From NCBI GenBank assembly GCA_038209145.1, contig JBBQXZ010000001.1:524-64523 (forward strand): 64,000 bases of DNA, written 5' to 3'. The position numbers were made by a program, and so were the translations under genes. Position 1 is the first letter of the stretch. Every line of letters begins with the position of its first letter. Positions 61,220 to 64,000 of the stretch are shown piece after piece. This stretch comes from Cytophagales bacterium. Lineage in GTDB: Bacteria > Bacteroidota > Bacteroidia > Cytophagales > Cyclobacteriaceae. The notes below the pieces were generated by a model. It did not search any database. It was not told the DNA's origin and was given only the letters and a program-made list of their open reading frames with translations.

Positions 61220-62416
61220 ATGTCTTCTGCTATTTCACTTAACCCAGTTTATGTCCCCGACCGGGTTATATCCAGTTCTCTTCGGATTCCCACCTACGTT
61301 TATGCTTCGGTATTTTCTAGCTTATGTATTGCCGTAGGACTGATCTGGGATATTTCCTGGCACATGAGCGTTGGCAGAGACGGTCTGTTTTCGCCGCCGC
61401 ATCTGGTCATGTACCTGGGAGCTGTGGTCGCGGGGGTTTTCTCAGGCGTACGGGTTCTGAAAACAAGCTTTTGGGGAGATGCTGGGGAAAAGGCAGCAAA
61501 CATTAAGTTTTGGGGTATATTTCACGGGTCGCTGGGTGCCATGTTTTGCATTTGGGGTGCTTTTGCTATGTTGACCTCGGCTCCCTTTGATGATTGGTGG
61601 CACAATACCTATGGGTTGGACATTAAAATTCTTTCGCCTCCCCATTTGGTGTTAGGCTTGGGGATGATCATGATACAGTTTGGCGCCATCGTAAGTGTAT
61701 TGGCAACGCAGAACAATTTTAACCTTTCAGAAAATCCAGCAATGAAATCCCGTTTACGCTGGTTGTTTGGGTTGTCTGCCGGTTTTTTGCTCGTGATGGC
61801 CTACATCATGGTATCTGAATTTTTCTTCACCAACAAAATGCATGGAGCTACCGCATACAAGGTATCAGCGATGATTTTCCCGCTTCTGATTATTTCAATT
61901 TCCTATGCATCTCCCTATAAATGGGGAGGCACCATGATGGCGGTGGCCTATTCCCTGCTTATGGCTGCCATGGTTTGGATATTGCCTTTGTTCCCGGCAG
62001 AACCCAGGCTGAGTCCCGTCTATAATCACATTACGCACTATCAACCCTTCCATTTTCCTTTACTGTTGATTGTTCCATCCATTGCAATTGACCTGATAGT
62101 AGCCAGGTGGAAAGGCATTAATTTCTGGCTTTTGGCTGTTGGTTTGTCAGTTGGGTTTTTGGCAGTATTTGTTCCGGCACAGTGGATATTTGCCGATTTT
62201 CTCCATACAGAGGCAGCCAGGGGTTGGTTTTTTGGAAGGTTTTCTTGGCCTTACAGCAGCAATCCGGACTGGGAATACCGCTTTGTGTTTTATCCTTCCT
62301 CAATAGACACAGGGTGGATGTTAGTCAAAGGGTTGGGCATCGCCTTGCTTTTTGGCATTGTCAGTTCCCGTACAGGACTTTCTTTTGGTCGGTGGATGTC
62401 TCAAGTAAAGCGTTAA
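61220..62416 (+). CDS. Polytopic membrane protein with two PmoC/AmoC-like metal motifs and a PmoA-like C-terminal half
   Basis: WDISWHMSVGRDGLFSPPH and FDDWWHNTYGLDIKILSPPH; later FP..WGGT..FP...VP....D..VFVPAQW...LH..GRWMS; about 10 hydrophobic segments. The CDS is confident; the family call is inference. Confidence 0.7.
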   Translation: MSSAISLNPVYVPDRVISSSLRIPTYVYASVFSSLCIAVGLIWDISWHMSVGRDGLFSPPHLVMYLGAVVAGVFSGVRVLKTSFWGDAGEKAANIKFWGIFHGSLGAMFCIWGAFAMLTSAPFDDWWHNTYGLDIKILSPPHLVLGLGMIMIQFGAIVSVLATQNNFNLSENPAMKSRLRWLFGLSAGFLLVMAYIMVSEFFFTNKMHGATAYKVSAMIFPLLIISISYASPYKWGGTMMAVAYSLLMAAMVWILPLFPAEPRLSPVYNHITHYQPFHFPLLLIVPSIAIDLIVARWKGINFWLLAVGLSVGFLAVFVPAQWIFADFLHTEAARGWFFGRFSWPYSSNPDWEYRFVFYPSSIDTGWMLVKGLGIALLFGIVSSRTGLSFGRWMSQVKR

Positions 62417-62420
62417 GGAA

Positions 62421-64000
62421 ATGAGAACATCCAACTATTTATTTCGATTTATCCTTTTAATAGGCTTATGGACAGGCGTCAGTAGCCATGTGGGCAGCCC
62501 CGGTGTCATATTTGAAGGCATGCTGGGTCCCTACCGGATAATGGCAACTGTCAATCCACCGGATGTCATTCCGGGAATCGCATTGGTGACGGTTATTCTG
62601 CCTGAAAATCCGAATGATATTTCACTTGAAGCCAAACCGGTTTATTGGTCTGCGGGACTGAGTGGTACCCCGGTATCAGATCCTTTGCTGCCCGTAGAAG
62701 GCGAAGTTGGGAAATATCAGCTTGAACTGTGGTTTATGGGAGTCGGTGCTTCCAGCGTGCAGTTGATCCTTAACCGGGGAACGGAGGTATTTGAAACCAC
62801 CATTCCCGTGATGGCCCTTCCGACTGCCCAAAAAGACATGCCTGTAAATTTGGGTTTGATACTTTCAGGATTGGGGCTTTTCTTGGTTGTATTGATGGTG
62901 ACCATCATTGCATCGGCCATGAGCGATAGCTTGAGAAGCCCGGGGGTACCCAGAGAAAAAAGCGGAAACGCAAGGAAAACAAAAGGGGTGGTCATTGGAA
63001 CGGTCTGCATGCTCCTGATCCTGTGGAGTGGGAAATCCTGGTGGGATAATGAAGCCGACAGTTATTTGAGAAATATATACACCCCCATAGCTGGCAATGC
63101 CCGTGTGGAATTTTCCGATCAGGGAAATTTTTTGGAGCTTACGATAGATAAGGAGCAGTTGCAGTGGGGCAGTACTGTCCGAAAAATGAGCTATATTGTT
63201 CCGGATCACGGCAAGTTGATGCACCTTTTTTTGATCCGAAAGGGAGACTTGGATGTGTTTGCCCACCTGCATCCACAGCGGATTGATTCGCTGCATTTTC
63301 GAAGTTTGCTGCCTGATTTGCCCGCGGGTGATTACCACGTTTTTGCGGATTTCACACGGTTTACGGGCTTTTCAGAAACCATCGTCGGTGAACTTACCCT
63401 TCCTGAGAAAGAACCTTTCCGGCTGATATCTGACCAAGAGGTCTCGCTGGGTAGGGATGACAGCTTCCTTATTTCCAGTAAAACCTCCTCCCAGCCTACT
63501 TCCAATTTGCTGGATGTGGATTTTCTTGTTTGCGGAAAACCGGGCATGCGCATTGATCTTGCCGGCGGATATGGGGCCATGTGGCAATCCGAGACGGAGG
63601 ATTATAAGGCAGGGAAATTGTATAGCCTCGATTTTGAGTTGTTTGATGCCGATGGAAATCCAGCTAATTTGGAGCCTTATTTGGGAATGATGGGGCATGC
63701 TGTAGCCATGAAACATGACGGCTCGGTCTATATCCATCTACATCCTACCGGCAACTATTCAATGGGTTCCCAGGAAATGCTTCTGGAACGCTTTGCCTCC
63801 GGAAAAACCGGGTTTGGACAACTACCTGCGGGGATGACGTTTATGGATAGCGTGGATCAGGTGATTTCTCTAATGGACCAACTTCCCCCTGAGGAGCGGG
63901 ACAGCTTGCTGATGGGAGGCGAAATGCACCAAATGCCCGATGATCCGGAACATGAGGGACATCAAATGGTAAGTTTTCCCTATGCTTTTCCGGAAAGCGG
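62421..64000 (+). CDS. Exported, two-TM-anchored His/Met-rich protein with predicted N-terminal His (PmoB-like topology); runs off the window end
   Basis: Manual translation, open to 64000 (526+ aa): MRTSNYLFRFILLIGLWTGVSS-HVGSPGVIFEG; TM helices at about aa 143-167 and 189-208; HGKLMH, FAHLHP, GMMGH, YIHLHP, MHQM..EHEGHQM. Not in the ORF track because no stop lies in the window. Confidence 0.8.
   Translation, partial: MRTSNYLFRFILLIGLWTGVSSHVGSPGVIFEGMLGPYRIMATVNPPDVIPGIALVTVILPENPNDISLEAKPVYWSAGLSGTPVSDPLLPVEGEVGKYQLELWFMGVGASSVQLILNRGTEVFETTIPVMALPTAQKDMPVNLGLILSGLGLFLVVLMVTIIASAMSDSLRSPGVPREKSGNARKTKGVVIGTVCMLLILWSGKSWWDNEADSYLRNIYTPIAGNARVEFSDQGNFLELTIDKEQLQWGSTVRKMSYIVPDHGKLMHLFLIRKGDLDVFAHLHPQRIDSLHFRSLLPDLPAGDYHVFADFTRFTGFSETIVGELTLPEKEPFRLISDQEVSLGRDDSFLISSKTSSQPTSNLLDVDFLVCGKPGMRIDLAGGYGAMWQSETEDYKAGKLYSLDFELFDADGNPANLEPYLGMMGHAVAMKHDGSVYIHLHPTGNYSMGSQEMLLERFASGKTGFGQLPAGMTFMDSVDQVISLMDQLPPEERDSLLMGGEMHQMPDDPEHEGHQMVSFPYAFPES

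Noticed and set aside
1-64000. rRNA, tRNA, CRISPR arrays, intact prophage or IS elements
   Set aside because: No such signatures (regular repeat-spacer arrays, cloverleaf-like segments, transposase or integrase genes) were seen by eye; tRNAscan/Infernal were not run.

Overview
Bacteroidetes chromosomal window, probably Cyclobacteriaceae-like (inferred from TAnnTTTG promoter boxes, a T9SS C-terminal domain, a TonB-dependent receptor and a Bacteroidetes-type VLRF1). Most of it is housekeeping, envelope and catabolic genes: holA, folC, trmB, a trpF-like gene, rpe, gyrA, hisH-A-F-IE, lhgO, a ghrA-like gene, a TPR/beta-barrel/SPOR/ExbB/ExbD/TonB-like block, a PIG-L deacetylase/small protein/Na+:solute symporter module, two PhyH dioxygenases and two Gfo/Idh/MocA oxidoreductases. 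A decayed patch at about 52.1-53.9 kb holds a PAS-histidine kinase pseudogene and a phenylalanine 4-hydroxylase pseudogene. No rRNA, tRNA, CRISPR array or intact mobile element was seen. The top observation is the two-gene operon at 61220-64000+. Gene 1 carries both PmoC/AmoC-type metal motifs (D-x3-H-x12-H and D-x3-H-x13-H), followed by a PmoA-like C-terminal half. Gene 2 has PmoB-like topology: signal peptide, His at the predicted mature N-terminus, soluble domain, two TM helices and a His-rich soluble domain. Together they look like a divergent copper-membrane-monooxygenase-like (pmoCAB-like) system in a lineage not known for one. This rests on by-eye comparison with recalled pMMO sequences and needs HMM and structure confirmation. 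Many start codons were reassigned from the longest-ORF track to the more plausible ATG.
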